Shown: in pieces, positions 46,143-59,439 of the stretch | How positions within the stretch are numbered: the first letter of the stretch is position 1 | Layout: every line of letters starts with the position of its first letter | NCBI GenBank assembly: GCA_964486065.1 | Contig: CAZAKN010000001.1 | Coordinates: forward strand, 16,657 to 80,656 | Origin: an uncultured Gammaproteobacteria bacterium | GTDB lineage: Bacteria > Patescibacteriota > Patescibacteriia > UBA11705 > JABHMO01 | DNA length: 64,000 nucleotides | Direction of reading: 5' to 3' | Program-made: the position numbers and the translations under genes | Notes under the pieces: model-generated | Told to the model about the DNA's origin: nothing | Database searches by the model: none | The model's input: only the letters and a program-made list of their open reading frames with translations

Positions 46143-49127
46143 TTACAATTCGCGATGTTCGCAGATATTTTTATAGTCACAATATTTACACTTATTTTTA
46201 TTCGGTTTCGGAGTGAAATCATTGCGAGTAATAGCGTCAATATTTTCCAAAAATCTTTGCTTCAATGCATCTTTATCTTTCTCTTCGGCGAAAAATTCAC
46301 GATATGGATTATTATCATCTTCCAGAAAATAATATTGTAAGCCCGCCACTCGTAACCCGAGGCAATCTTCAGCCGCAATTTGGTAGAAACTCAATTGTCG
46401 TTTATCTTCGGCATTTAATTTTTCAGGTTTGGGTTTACCTGTTTTGTAATCAATAATCAACGCTTTTCCGTCCGGCAAACTATCAACGCGATCAATGCGA
46501 CCGACAAAAATATTGGAACCGATTTTTAATTTAAAACTTTGCTCCAAATATTTGACTTGCGGTTTTTCACGCGTGAAACGAGCATGAAAATTTTTCAAAA
46601 GCTTTTTGCCTTTTTCAAAGTATTGTTTTTTACTTTCTTTATTATCATACCAATCATCAATCCAATTTTCCTCATAAAGTTCAAGCAATCTCTTGAAGCC
46701 GGGCTTGGCTTTGGGGTCGGAATCCCCGAATAAACCGGCTTGCGCGCTCAACCCGCTTCCATAGTACTCTTCCAAAAATTTTTGCAAAGTATTATGCATG
46801 CTACTACCAAAGCTCAAACTGGCACTACCGAATTTTGGAACTTTTAAAATATTGGCGAATTTATATTGCAAAGGACATTTTTCGTATGTTTGCATTTGTG
46901 AAAAACTGAAATATTTGGGTGGCGCTATGAGTGTCACTTTGTTTTTTTCGCTTGAAGCCACCGAGTCGGCGATCTTCTCGGAAAAATCTTTACTTTTACA
47001 TTCTTGTATTTGAGTGGCCGATAAATTCAATTCATTTAAAAATCTGGATGGTTTCTTTTTCCGTGATCCGCCGTAATCTTCCGCCGTAGTAAAATACAAG
47101 CCTTTTTTGGCTCTGGTCATTCCCACATAAAACAGTCTTCTTTCTTCTTCCAAGTGTGCGATTTTTTCGTCACTTACCTTTTCCGACAACGCCGAAGGAA
47201 TATTTATATCTCCTCCCCTTTTATCAGTGGGAAATTGACGATCCACCAATTTGGGAATAAAAACATAATCAAATTCCAACCCCTTGGAATTGTGAACCGT
47301 CATAATTTTAACCATATCCGGCCCTACTTCCGGATCAAAAGCCAGATTGCCACTGTCACCGGCCTGCATTTCCAGTTCAATCAATTCAGTGAAATCTTTT
47401 ACCGTAACATTTTCCGTCGCGTTCTCAAATTTTTTCATTTTATTGAAAAATTGATTCAAATAATTGTGATTCAGTCTGAGTTCGGCTTCCGGCAAAGTTT
47501 CCATTTGTTTCAAGTATCCCGATTCATACAAAAATTTCAATACAATTTCAGATGGATTTTTATCTTTGACTGTGACGGTCTGTTTTTCAACCATACCTTG
47601 AAAATCTCGCAATTTTTTTTCCACGGTTTTATCCAATCCGGGCACGACGGCGGATTGCTTCACTGCTTCGTAAAGGGAAATACTTTTTCTTTTGGCGAAA
47701 TGAAGCAATTTGATCACTTGTTCCGGTGGCAAATCCAAATAATCATAATTCAAAGCTCGGAAAACAGCTGATGATTCATGATAATCATCCAACAATTTTA
47801 AATAATTAACTATATCAATAATTACAGGCTTATCGTAAAGTCCTTTCATGGCTAAAAATTGATACGGTATCCCCGCTTCGTAAAGATAATTGGTGAAATA
47901 TTCAGCCGCGGAATTGTTTCTGGCCAAAATGGCGAAATCCAACCAATCGCAATCGGTTCGCTTTTTTATTGCCAATATTTTATCAATAATTGCTACGGCT
48001 TCATCTTCCGCGGTTTGACTTCGCAAATGCAGGATCTCTCCTTTATCTTCAATATTGGCTCGCAACTTTTTATTAATCTTCAATTTTTCCTCCAAGCGAT
48101 TTGGATTATTCAATCGGATAAAAGCATAAGCCGTATCCAAAATACTTTGCGCGGAACGATAATTTTCTGCTAAAACTATTTCCGTGGCTTCAGGATAATC
48201 ATTTTTAAAATTCATAATGTTCGCTATTGAAGCGCCACGAAAAGCGTAAATCGCTTGATCATCATCCCCTACCACGGTCAGATTGTTTTTCGGCGCTGAC
48301 AATAATTTAATCAATTCATATTGAACGGTATTGGTATCCTGAAATTCATCAACCAAAATATATTTGAATTGCTTTTGATATTTCTTAAGTATTGCCGGCC
48401 GCAGGCCAAAAAGTTTCACGGTATAATTCAACAAATCGCCGAAATCCAAAGCTTCATTTTCCAGAAGCAAATTTTGATAAACATGATAAGCGTTGGCCAG
48501 CTCTTCCACTCGCATGATTTCGGTTTTAAAATGATCCTTTTTCTCGGATTTACTCATGCTTGACCAATCAAGATCCAGATCGATTTTTTTAACGAAATCA
48601 TTGGAATCCAAATTCAACCTCAGATCTTCGGCATAACTCAAATAATCTTCGGGATAAATCCCTTCGTCTTTACAACGAGAAAAATGTTTAAGCAAAGCAT
48701 GAATAAATTTATTTGGATTACCGAGTGGTTTATAATAATCCAGATTAAATTTATCCAAATTTCTTTTCATTAAAAGCCAAGCTTCTGTTTCATTGATTAA
48801 TTTATAATCATTGGATAAACCGATATCCAGAGCGTGTTGTTTTAAAATTTTATCGCAAAAAGAGTGAAATGTGGAAATCCACAAATCAACATAACCATAA
48901 GGCAACATAAGATCAACTCGCTCTTCCATTTCTCCGGCGGCTTTGTCCGAAAAGGTCAACGCCAAAACTTCATCAATATTAATATTCTTTTCGGTAATCA
49001 GCCAAGCGATTCGAGCGGTGATAACACGAGTTTTGCCGGTTCCTGCTCCAGCTACGATAAGCAAAGGCCCCTCACCGTGCGTAATGGCTTTTTTCTGTGC
49101 TTTATTTGATTCGGAAATAAGACTCAT
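46143..49127 (-). CDS. UvrD/PcrA-family superfamily-1 helicase fused to a C-terminal PD-(D/E)xK (Cas4/AddB-like) nuclease with a 4-Cys cluster
   Basis: Walker A AGAGTGKTRVITARI, UvrD motifs through the helicase core, then a C-terminal nuclease with RIDRVD...DYKTGK and CKYCDYKNIC. Confidence 0.85.
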   Translation of the reverse strand: MSLISESNKAQKKAITHGEGPLLIVAGAGTGKTRVITARIAWLITEKNINIDEVLALTFSDKAAGEMEERVDLMLPYGYVDLWISTFHSFCDKILKQHALDIGLSNDYKLINETEAWLLMKRNLDKFNLDYYKPLGNPNKFIHALLKHFSRCKDEGIYPEDYLSYAEDLRLNLDSNDFVKKIDLDLDWSSMSKSEKKDHFKTEIMRVEELANAYHVYQNLLLENEALDFGDLLNYTVKLFGLRPAILKKYQKQFKYILVDEFQDTNTVQYELIKLLSAPKNNLTVVGDDDQAIYAFRGASIANIMNFKNDYPEATEIVLAENYRSAQSILDTAYAFIRLNNPNRLEEKLKINKKLRANIEDKGEILHLRSQTAEDEAVAIIDKILAIKKRTDCDWLDFAILARNNSAAEYFTNYLYEAGIPYQFLAMKGLYDKPVIIDIVNYLKLLDDYHESSAVFRALNYDYLDLPPEQVIKLLHFAKRKSISLYEAVKQSAVVPGLDKTVEKKLRDFQGMVEKQTVTVKDKNPSEIVLKFLYESGYLKQMETLPEAELRLNHNYLNQFFNKMKKFENATENVTVKDFTELIELEMQAGDSGNLAFDPEVGPDMVKIMTVHNSKGLEFDYVFIPKLVDRQFPTDKRGGDINIPSALSEKVSDEKIAHLEEERRLFYVGMTRAKKGLYFTTAEDYGGSRKKKPSRFLNELNLSATQIQECKSKDFSEKIADSVASSEKNKVTLIAPPKYFSFSQMQTYEKCPLQYKFANILKVPKFGSASLSFGSSMHNTLQKFLEEYYGSGLSAQAGLFGDSDPKAKPGFKRLLELYEENWIDDWYDNKESKKQYFEKGKKLLKNFHARFTREKPQVKYLEQSFKLKIGSNIFVGRIDRVDSLPDGKALIIDYKTGKPKPEKLNAEDKRQLSFYQIAAEDCLGLRVAGLQYYFLEDDNNPYREFFAEEKDKDALKQRFLENIDAITRNDFTPKPNKNKCKYCDYKNICEHREL

Positions 49128-49164
49128 ATGCTCTATTTTAGCATTAAATCACGGTTTCGCAAAA

Positions 49165-49189
49165 TATAAAAAACAGCGTTTCCGCTGTT
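49165..49189 (-). terminator. intrinsic terminator after the cvpA-like gene
   Basis: Minus strand reads AACAGCG-GAAA-CGCTGTT followed by TTTTTTATATTTT. Confidence 0.65.
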
Positions 49190-49212
49190 TATTCTGATCC
49201 ATTTTTATTAAG

Positions 49213-49710
49213 TTAAGCCTCAATTTTAATTTTTTTAACCGCTTCCGGGAAAAACGGGATAAAAATTGAGCCGATTTTCAAAAGTACGGACGCGGTTACC
49301 GATTGAGCAACTTGCTCCACAAGCCATGGATGGATGGGATATTTACCTACAAAATATAGTAAAATAGCGGACACGAAAATACCTTCAACTATACCGAGGA
49401 TCAAGCCAAGCAAGCTGTCAAAAGTGGATAAAAATGGAATAATCATGATAATTTGAAAAATTTTACCGAACAGCCAAAAGACGATTCCGGTCAACTTCAC
49501 GCTAACTCCGAAAATAATAATAAAGGAAATAATATTGGCAAAATTTCCCCCTCCGAAAAAATCAGCCAACCAAGGGAAAAAGCGTCCCGCCAATAAAGTG
49601 GCTATAAATAATCCGACTAAAGATCCCAAAGATTCCAAAAATCCCTTCTTATAACCGAAAAAAGCAAAAATCAAAATTAAAGCGAATAATAAATAATCCA
49701 AAGTGATCAT
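49213..49710 (-). CDS. cvpA: CvpA-family (colicin V production) membrane protein
   Basis: Four TM helices and the DYLLFALILIFAFFGYKKGF N-terminus typical of CvpA. The start was moved to the ATG preceded by a TATAAT-like box; the ORF-track TTG start is 49746. Confidence 0.55.
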   Translation of the reverse strand: MITLDYLLFALILIFAFFGYKKGFLESLGSLVGLFIATLLAGRFFPWLADFFGGGNFANIISFIIIFGVSVKLTGIVFWLFGKIFQIIMIIPFLSTFDSLLGLILGIVEGIFVSAILLYFVGKYPIHPWLVEQVAQSVTASVLLKIGSIFIPFFPEAVKKIKIEA

Positions 49711-49828
49711 ATGCTGAATTATACCCGTTTTACCCGCAATTCGCAATTTATTTAATCAACAGTAATTTTTTATTAAAATTTCATCATGCTTATTTATACT
49801 GTAATCAGATCTTTACAAAGGAGATAAC

Positions 49829-50314
49829 ATGATCCAGAAACTGCAACCCGTTAATCTCCCCATCAAAATATTGCATAGAATCAACACCATTGGGAACATT
49901 TTGAAAGCAAAAGCAATGAACAAAAGAACTTATCGTGGTTTGAAAATTGAAATATCCAAGTTGGAAGTAAAGTTTCCCGAACACAATTTATTACAAGAAA
50001 TCCGCGCATCGTGGCTTTTATTGGGAATTGAAAACTTTCATTTAAGATTCTCTTTACCCGTTAATAATGGTGAAATACGCCTTGAAAAAAATTATCCCGG
50101 ATTTCCGCCATGGTTACTTCTAAACGAAGAAATAATTTTGAGAAATTTCAATCACAAAAAATTGGGATCTCATTATCATAATCTTTACAATAAGTTATAT
50201 TTCTTGCTTTATGTGATAAAAGATCAAGCGACCGAACACGCCGGCCGAGAAACCCTGCATTATTTATATTGGCATAAATTGGTGGAGAAACTGGAAAAAA
50301 ATAAAACCCGTTAA
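49829..50314 (+). CDS. hypothetical protein
   Basis: 161 aa, no motif recognised. It has its own terminator. Confidence 0.4.
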   Translation: MIQKLQPVNLPIKILHRINTIGNILKAKAMNKRTYRGLKIEISKLEVKFPEHNLLQEIRASWLLLGIENFHLRFSLPVNNGEIRLEKNYPGFPPWLLLNEEIILRNFNHKKLGSHYHNLYNKLYFLLYVIKDQATEHAGRETLHYLYWHKLVEKLEKNKTR

Positions 50315-50328
50315 AAACGGGTTTTTTT
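50303..50328. terminator. bidirectional intrinsic terminator (stop codon in the loop) between convergent genes
   Basis: AAAACCCG-TTAAAAA-CGGGTTTT with flanking A and T tracts. Confidence 0.75.
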
Positions 50329-50405
50329 ATTTTTATATTTATGATTTAAAATAATCGCTGAACGGATCATGAGTCGTGTTCCGTGTTCCAAGCCATTTTC
50401 TTATT

Positions 50406-50858
50406 TTAATTATACTTTTTTACTCCCACGCCGCGTTGTTCAACTCTTCGCTGTTTCTTGCGTCCGACTCTTAATCTGACCAATTCTTTTTCTATCTTGG
50501 TGCTGATCATGGCAAACTCGCGAGAATCAACACTTCTTTGATGTTTTAATTCTTCAGCTTTTTTAATAGCCACTTCAGCTCTTTCCAAGTCAATTTCTTC
50601 GGATCTTTCCGCCGTATCAGCCAGAACCACCACTTTTTCTGAAAGCACTTCAATAAAACCTCCGGAAACAGCCAAAGAAAAAGTTTCATCCCCCTTGGTT
50701 ATTTTAATTTCACCGGATACCAAAACCGCGATTAAGGGAACATGATTTACTAAAACCGTTATTTCTCCACGCAAAGTCGGCAAAGTTATACTGTCAACTT
50801 CATCCTTGAAAACCACTCTTTCCGGTGTGGCTATTTTAAAATTTATTTTATTTGACAT
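50406..50858 (-). CDS. atpC: F1Fo ATP synthase epsilon subunit
   Basis: N-terminal beta sandwich (ATPERVVF...VTLPT..GEITVL) and a C-terminal helical hairpin. Confidence 0.9.
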   Translation of the reverse strand: MSNKINFKIATPERVVFKDEVDSITLPTLRGEITVLVNHVPLIAVLVSGEIKITKGDETFSLAVSGGFIEVLSEKVVVLADTAERSEEIDLERAEVAIKKAEELKHQRSVDSREFAMISTKIEKELVRLRVGRKKQRRVEQRGVGVKKYN

Positions 50859-50954
50859 ATTTGCAAATTAAAATTGGATATTGGTAATTGGTATTTTGCG
50901 ATCTAAACATTTGAAATTTGGAAATTAAGGCTTTTAATCTTAAATCATTTATTT

Positions 50955-51791
50955 TCAGAGTTCCGGATCTACAATTCCTTCCTCCAGGGAATTATCCTCG
51001 GTGTCTATATCTTCTTTTTCAGTGTTTTCTTCATCAAGATCATCTTCATTTTCAGGTTCCGGTTCTGCTTCTTGCGGACGCAACTCTTCCCATTCCCCCT
51101 CTGTCAGCTTTACCAATTCAACACTTTGGATTACCACATCATTCAACGGATGATTATCAGCGTTCACTTCCACTTTTTCAATTTTTTCAACTATATTAAA
51201 ACCTTCTATCACATGACCGAAATTCGTGTGTTTTCCATCCAACCACGGAGTCGCTTCCTTGGTTACGATGAAAAATTGCGAACCATTAGTATTGGCTCCG
51301 CTATTGGCCATGGCCATTGAACCTCGGACCAATTTTATATCATTGATTTCATCGGGAAATTTATAACCCGGACCACCGCGTCCATCATCCGACCAATCAT
51401 CATCTTTACTGTTCGGATCACCGCCTTGAATCATGAAATCATTCATTACTCGGTGAAATTTTATGCCATCGTAAAAACCGAGTTTTGCCAAATTCATAAA
51501 ATTATTAACCGTATTCGGAGCTTCGGGGATAAAAAAAGCAACTTTGAAATTTCCGTAATTGGTATTTATCCAAGCGCCGTCATATTCATTGATCAAGGCT
51601 TCAAACTTACTATTATCAATTGCCTGCGGTTTGGTCGCTTGCTTTTCTTGTTTTATTTTTTCCAATTCGGGTTTGGCACTTTTATCCAAATCAACTTGTT
51701 CGTAACTTTCAATTTTATCTCCGGTGCAACCGGTCAAAAAGAAAACGCATAAAAACAATGTTGAGAGCAATTTTATTCGCATAGACTTCAA
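50955..51791 (-). CDS. ppiB: cyclophilin-type peptidyl-prolyl isomerase, lipoprotein, with acidic C-terminal tail
   Basis: Lipobox LTGC, a cyclophilin core (HRVMNDFMIQGGDP...GSQFFI...LDGKHTNFGHV), and a C-terminal D/E-rich low-complexity region. Confidence 0.85.
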   Translation of the reverse strand: MKSMRIKLLSTLFLCVFFLTGCTGDKIESYEQVDLDKSAKPELEKIKQEKQATKPQAIDNSKFEALINEYDGAWINTNYGNFKVAFFIPEAPNTVNNFMNLAKLGFYDGIKFHRVMNDFMIQGGDPNSKDDDWSDDGRGGPGYKFPDEINDIKLVRGSMAMANSGANTNGSQFFIVTKEATPWLDGKHTNFGHVIEGFNIVEKIEKVEVNADNHPLNDVVIQSVELVKLTEGEWEELRPQEAEPEPENEDDLDEENTEKEDIDTEDNSLEEGIVDPEL

Positions 51792-51820
51792 ATTATTTTT
51801 TAGAAGCTATTTATATTATA

Positions 51821-54173
<2,353 letters not shown>

Positions 54174-54176
54174 AAA

Positions 54177-55706
54177 TTATTTTTCCTCATTTTTAATAAT
54201 GAATTCCGGAACCGTTGACTTATAATCTTCAATAACTTTTTTCAATTCCGTTTCAATCTCTTCAGTCAACTGTTTTTCTTCAGCGATTTTATTTAATATA
54301 TCTTTAGCCGAAGAATTTAAATATTTATGAAAACCTTCTTCAAATTCGGCTATCTTCTTTTCATCAACATTATCCAGCAAGCCGTTAATGGCCGAGTAAA
54401 TAATCGCCACCTGATTTTCAACTTCAAAAGGCATGTATTGTCCTTGTTTCAAAATTTCCACTAATCTTTTTCCGCGTTCAATTTGCTTTTTGGTGGCTTC
54501 ATCCAAGTCCGAACCGAATTGCGCAAACGCCGCCAATTCACGATATTGCGCCACTTCCAAACGCATTTTTCCGGCTACTTTTTTCATAGCCTTAATCTGA
54601 GCACTGGAACCCACGCGAGAAACCGATAAACCTACATTGATCGCCGGCCTGACACCTTGATAAAACAAATCACTTTCCAAAAATATTTGTCCGTCGGTAA
54701 TGGAAATAACATTGGTTGGAATGTAGGCGGAAATATCTCCGGCTTGAGTTTCAATCACGGGCAAAGCGGTCAATGATCCACCTCCCATCTTATCACTTAA
54801 TTTCGCGGCTCTTTCCAAAAGCCTTGAATGCAAATAAAAGACATCACCGGGATATGCTTCTCTGCCGGGCGGTCTTTTCAAAAGCAATGAAATTTCACGA
54901 TAAGCCACCGCATGTTTACTCAAATCATCGTAAACAATCAAAGCGTCTTTACCTTTATCCATGAAATATTCTCCCATAGCGCAACCGGCGAAAGGAGCCA
55001 AGTAATTCAAGGAAGCCGAATCCGATGCTCCAGCCAAAACCACAATAGTATGATCCATGGCGCCGGTTTCTTCAAGTTTAGCCACGATCTTGGCAATCTT
55101 TGATTCTTTCTGACCGATGGCCACATAGATACAAATCAGATCTTTCCCTTTTTGGTTGATAATCGTATCAATGGCAATGGCGGTTTTCCCCGTTTGTCTG
55201 TCGCCGATAATCAATTCTCTCTGACCGCGTCCGATAGGAATCATCGCGTCAACGGCTTTAATTCCCGTTTGAACGGGTTCGTTTACGCTTTTTCTGGCTA
55301 GAACTCCATGAGCGATTTTCTCCACCGGATAATTGACCTTACTTTTAATCGGTCCTTTTCCGTCAATCGGTTGACCTAATGGATCAACTACGCGACCGAC
55401 CAATTCATCACCCACCGGCACTTCCAAAATTCTGCCCGTGGTTTTCACAGAATCTCCTTCTTTTATTTTGGTGCAATCACCCATAACAATGGCCCCGATC
55501 ATGTCTTCTTCCAGGTTCAAAGCCACGCCCATTTCCCCACCGCTAAACTCAAGCATTTCCGAACTCATGCAATCAGACAATCCCGCGATTTTGGCGATAC
55601 CATCACCCACTTCCACTACTTGTCCGACTTTTTCTTGAACCACTTTTTCTTCAAAATTATCAATTCTGTCTTTGATTGCGCTGATAATAAAATCTTTTTC
55701 CGGCAT
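54177..55706 (-). CDS. atpA: F1Fo ATP synthase alpha subunit
   Basis: Walker A GDRQTGKT and the alpha-subunit N-terminal beta barrel. Confidence 0.95.
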   Translation of the reverse strand: MPEKDFIISAIKDRIDNFEEKVVQEKVGQVVEVGDGIAKIAGLSDCMSSEMLEFSGGEMGVALNLEEDMIGAIVMGDCTKIKEGDSVKTTGRILEVPVGDELVGRVVDPLGQPIDGKGPIKSKVNYPVEKIAHGVLARKSVNEPVQTGIKAVDAMIPIGRGQRELIIGDRQTGKTAIAIDTIINQKGKDLICIYVAIGQKESKIAKIVAKLEETGAMDHTIVVLAGASDSASLNYLAPFAGCAMGEYFMDKGKDALIVYDDLSKHAVAYREISLLLKRPPGREAYPGDVFYLHSRLLERAAKLSDKMGGGSLTALPVIETQAGDISAYIPTNVISITDGQIFLESDLFYQGVRPAINVGLSVSRVGSSAQIKAMKKVAGKMRLEVAQYRELAAFAQFGSDLDEATKKQIERGKRLVEILKQGQYMPFEVENQVAIIYSAINGLLDNVDEKKIAEFEEGFHKYLNSSAKDILNKIAEEKQLTEEIETELKKVIEDYKSTVPEFIIKNEEK

Positions 55707-55718
55707 ATTTTTTTATGA

Positions 55719-56249
55719 TTATTTGTATAAATTATTTTTTAATCTTTGTATTCTACCGCTAACAGTTAAATCCAAAACTGTATCTCCCATTCTGATTTTT
55801 AATCCTCCGCCGATTTCTTCATCTAAAACATTTTCAATCACTACTTGTTTTTTCAATTTATTGTTTAAAACTTCGGTCAATTCTTTAAGTTGTTTTTTAT
55901 TCAATTCCAAAACTGAAATCACTTCCACTTTTTCCACTTTGTCACGGAACATAAGTTCATTTTCCGCGCAATCCACCAGTTTTGGTAGATCGTTCAATAA
56001 ATTATCGTCCACCAAAAGCAAAAGCAGATTCAAAGAATTTTTGTTTAATTTTTTACCGAAAACTTTTTTCAATACTTCTTTTTTGTCAAAAACATCAATA
56101 TTTCTATTTTGCAAAAAATTCTTCATTTCTCTAACTTCCGCGATATATCTGATCGCTTCGCGCAAACCGGAAATTTCCTTTTGCCAATCGCTCGTTACGA
56201 TCGCTTCAATATAAGCTTTGGCGTAATGTTTATAATTGGCGCTCGGCAT
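55719..56249 (-). CDS. atpH: F1Fo ATP synthase delta (OSCP) subunit
   Basis: Assigned by position between atpF and atpA, by length, and by the C-terminal LDxxIGGGLxIRxGDxVxDxSVxxRL motif (EIGGGLKIRMGDTVLDLTVSGRIQRL). Confidence 0.8.
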   Translation of the reverse strand: MPSANYKHYAKAYIEAIVTSDWQKEISGLREAIRYIAEVREMKNFLQNRNIDVFDKKEVLKKVFGKKLNKNSLNLLLLLVDDNLLNDLPKLVDCAENELMFRDKVEKVEVISVLELNKKQLKELTEVLNNKLKKQVVIENVLDEEIGGGLKIRMGDTVLDLTVSGRIQRLKNNLYK

Positions 56250-56250
56250 A

Positions 56251-56763
56251 CTATTTGATATTCATTTTTTTAACTTCCAGAATGGCTTCTTCAATCAATT
56301 TCGTGTGCGCCTTTTGATCAATCGCCTTACCTGCGACCTTATCCAATGCGGCAATCACCATTTCTCCCAATTCCATCTTCGCATCTTTTACCATTTCCTT
56401 TTTTTCCGAGGCGATTTTTTCCTTGGCACTTTCCACCACTTTTTGTGCTTCATTTTGAACTTTGGTCAATTTTTCTTGTCTAACGGCTTCAGCGTTTTTT
56501 TCGGCGGCCTCTACTATTTTGGCGGCCTCCACTCTTCCTTGTCTTTCTTTTTCCTTTTTCAATTCCTCGGATTTTTCCAGGTTTTTTTCCGCATCTTCCG
56601 CATCGGCGATTCCTTTTTCAATTTTTTCTCCGCGTTCAGTCATAAGTTTGATCAACGGTTTAACCGCGAAAATTCCCAATACAATAACAATAATCGCAAA
56701 ATTTATCATTTGCGCGATAAGCAACTTCCAATCAATGTGAAAAGTATTTATTAGTTCATCCAT
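56251..56763 (-). CDS. atpF: F1Fo ATP synthase b subunit
   Basis: Single N-terminal TM followed by a long charged helix. Assigned by position. Confidence 0.8.
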   Translation of the reverse strand: MDELINTFHIDWKLLIAQMINFAIIVIVLGIFAVKPLIKLMTERGEKIEKGIADAEDAEKNLEKSEELKKEKERQGRVEAAKIVEAAEKNAEAVRQEKLTKVQNEAQKVVESAKEKIASEKKEMVKDAKMELGEMVIAALDKVAGKAIDQKAHTKLIEEAILEVKKMNIK

Positions 56764-56794
56764 ATTTTTTTGTAAATAATAATAAACTTTAGCT

Positions 56795-56816
56795 CGCGCC
56801 GATGATCATCGGCGCG
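56795..56816 (-). promoter_or_regulatory. 22-nt perfect GC-rich palindrome in the atpE-atpF intercistronic mRNA (CGCGCCGATGATCATCGGCGCG)
   Basis: Perfect self-complementary 22-mer (9-bp GC-rich stem, GATC loop). It lacks a 3' U-tract on the transcribed strand, so it is not a terminator. Location is consistent with an mRNA-stability or processing element. Confidence 0.5.
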
Positions 56817-56827
56817 AAAAAAATTCA

Positions 56828-57070
<243 letters not shown>

Positions 57071-57131
57071 TTATTATTATTGTTTAAGGTCCGTGTACTT
57101 CTTATTAATTATTTATTATTGATATTTTAAA

Positions 57132-58073
57132 TTAATGATCTTCCGACATGGCGATTGAAAAATATACCGTGGTCAACATGGCAAAAATCAAAGCTTGTAT
57201 AACTCCCACAATTAGTTCCAAAAACATAAACGGTATGGGCAACCCAACCGCCAAAATGGCCGCCATGGAAGCCAACAAAACCTCGCCGGCGAAAACATTT
57301 CCGAACAAACGAAATGACAATGATGCCACCTTAGCCACTTCTCCCACTATTTCAATGATACCCACGAAAAACTTAATGGGATTAACGATAACCACGGTCG
57401 GATCTTTAAAAATATTGGCCGGAACCGCCATTAAGGCTTTTATATTAACGAATTTATTAATATATTTCCAGGTACCCACCGCGAAAATTCCAAATAAATT
57501 GGACGCTACCACGGAAATCAAAGCCAAAGCCAAAGTGGTGTTCATGTCCGCGGTTCCTCCTCGGAAAAACGGGATAAACACACTATGCCCGTGAGCTTGT
57601 TCAATATAGCCAATAGAGCCGATTCCAGGCAATAGCCCCATCCAATTATTAACTAAAACAAAGACGAAAATGGAAAACACAATCGGAAACATCTTCATGG
57701 TCTTCTTCCTTGCACCGGTAACCGAATCCGCCAAATTCAGCGCCCCTTCAACTATAATCTCCACCATATTTTGCAAACCCTTGGGAATTAATTTCAGCTT
57801 GCCTCGCAAAATCACGGAAAAAACGACCAAAATAAAAACAACCAACCAAGTATTGACCAAGGAGTTGGTTATATTAAATCCATTATAATTTATCAATGGC
57901 TCGGCAGCCAAAGATATTTCATGCTCCACATGCTCTTCGGTCGCGTGTGTTTCATGATTATCCGAAGTCAAACCTTGGTCGGATACATGTCCCGCTGATT
58001 GTTCAGCATAATTCAAATCCGCTTCTTCAGGTGAAGCTGACGGGTGGTATTCTTCGGCAATATGTTGAGACAT
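57132..58073 (-). CDS. atpB: F1Fo ATP synthase a subunit with ~60-aa His/acidic N-terminal extension
   Basis: Conserved essential arginine region (LSFRLFGNVFAGEVLL) in the penultimate helix. The N-terminal 60 aa are hydrophilic and rich in His/Glu/Asp. Confidence 0.85.
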   Translation of the reverse strand: MSQHIAEEYHPSASPEEADLNYAEQSAGHVSDQGLTSDNHETHATEEHVEHEISLAAEPLINYNGFNITNSLVNTWLVVFILVVFSVILRGKLKLIPKGLQNMVEIIVEGALNLADSVTGARKKTMKMFPIVFSIFVFVLVNNWMGLLPGIGSIGYIEQAHGHSVFIPFFRGGTADMNTTLALALISVVASNLFGIFAVGTWKYINKFVNIKALMAVPANIFKDPTVVIVNPIKFFVGIIEIVGEVAKVASLSFRLFGNVFAGEVLLASMAAILAVGLPIPFMFLELIVGVIQALIFAMLTTVYFSIAMSEDH

Positions 58074-58075
58074 AA

Positions 58076-58348
58076 TTATTTACTTTGCTCTTGATTTTTC
58101 TTGTCCTCCTTTTCCATGGTTTTGGCGGCTTTAATTACATTGATAACCAAACCGATATTGGTAATCAGGAAAGCAACGGCAATACAAATATAAAAATAAA
58201 AGCTTTGTCCATCATTGTATTTGTCATCCAGCCATGCGCCGAGAAACAAAGCCACAACGATTGGACCCACGATCCAAGCGCTGATCTGCGCGAATAGATG
58301 CATGGCCGGTCTCCACCAAGCATTGTTATTTTCAGGTTGCTTATCCAT
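58076..58348 (-). CDS. atpZ: AtpZ/AtpI-like small membrane protein heading the atp operon
   Basis: 90 aa with two TM helices (WIVGPIVVALFLGAWLD...) directly upstream of atpB. Assigned by position and topology. Confidence 0.5.
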   Translation of the reverse strand: MDKQPENNNAWWRPAMHLFAQISAWIVGPIVVALFLGAWLDDKYNDGQSFYFYICIAVAFLITNIGLVINVIKAAKTMEKEDKKNQEQSK

Positions 58349-58441
58349 AAATTATTCCAATGTCCAAAATACGGTAAAACCACTAACATTCTACTCTTAA
58401 TCAAGTAAAAAATCAAGGTTAAGTGTTGATAAAACAAATAT

Positions 58442-59272
58442 TCACAAATTAAACAATTTTTTAGCGTTATTGTCAGTAATTCGCATCATATCTTCGTAGG
58501 AAGAACCGCGCAATTCAGCGATTTTACGAATCACATATTCCACGAAAACCGGTTCATTTCTTTTGCCACGATGCGGTTCCGGAGTTAAATATGGACAATC
58601 GGTTTCCGCCAAAATTCTATCTTCCGGCATGGACTTGATAATTTCATGTAATTCCTTCGTGGCATTTTTAAAAGTTATCACTCCGGTAAATCCCAAGTAA
58701 TACCCCATGCCCAATAATTTTTCAGCTTGCTCCCGATTACCGGCGAAACAATGCACGGTGGCGGATTTATCCAATGGATTATCTCTCAAAATTTCAATCA
58801 AATCATCATACGCTTCCCGACAATGAATAATCATGGGCAACCCCAATTCATTGGCCAGATCAATATGCTTTTTAAAAACCTCTTGTTGCAAATCTTTTTG
58901 TTCTTTCAAATCTTCATCCGCTAAATGATAATAATCCAAACCATTCTCCCCGATCGCCACCACCTTGTCCGAAAATTGAGCCAAATTTTTATATTTTTCA
59001 TAATCAAAACTTTCCGCGCGACTGATAATCTCCACGGTTTCTTTCGCATCAACTTTTTCCACTATTTTTCTTTGATTTAAATGAATCGGATGCAAAGCCA
59101 CGGACGCGTAAACATTTTCATATTCATCCGCCGTTTTAACCGCTCGCTCACTCGTGCTGAACTGCGAACCGACATTGATAAATGAACAATCTTTTTCCAT
59201 GCATCTTTTAATCACATCTTCATAATCATTTTTAAAAGGAAAAAAATTAACATGGGCGTGAGAATCAATCAT
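58442..59272 (-). CDS. tatD: TatD-family metal-dependent DNase/hydrolase
   Basis: MIDSHAHVNF N-terminal HxH motif and TIM-barrel metal ligands (IIHCREA, ETDCPYL). Confidence 0.9.
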   Translation of the reverse strand: MIDSHAHVNFFPFKNDYEDVIKRCMEKDCSFINVGSQFSTSERAVKTADEYENVYASVALHPIHLNQRKIVEKVDAKETVEIISRAESFDYEKYKNLAQFSDKVVAIGENGLDYYHLADEDLKEQKDLQQEVFKKHIDLANELGLPMIIHCREAYDDLIEILRDNPLDKSATVHCFAGNREQAEKLLGMGYYLGFTGVITFKNATKELHEIIKSMPEDRILAETDCPYLTPEPHRGKRNEPVFVEYVIRKIAELRGSSYEDMMRITDNNAKKLFNL

Positions 59273-59439
59273 ATTTTAAAATTATTTTTAAAACATTTAA
59301 CACTATACAATTTTTTGCACAAGTTATCAACAAAAAATTATTGTCTGTATTTTTCAATATGATATTATGAAACTGCGATTAGCGCATAAACGAACATTGT
59401 TAAACCAATTTCATTAATATACCAACGGGGAGGTATCCA

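Noticed and set aside
47154-47771. 205-aa plus-strand ORF inside the helicase-nuclease gene
   Set aside because: It is antisense to a well-supported 994-aa helicase. Its F/I/N-rich composition reflects antisense reading of an AT-rich gene.
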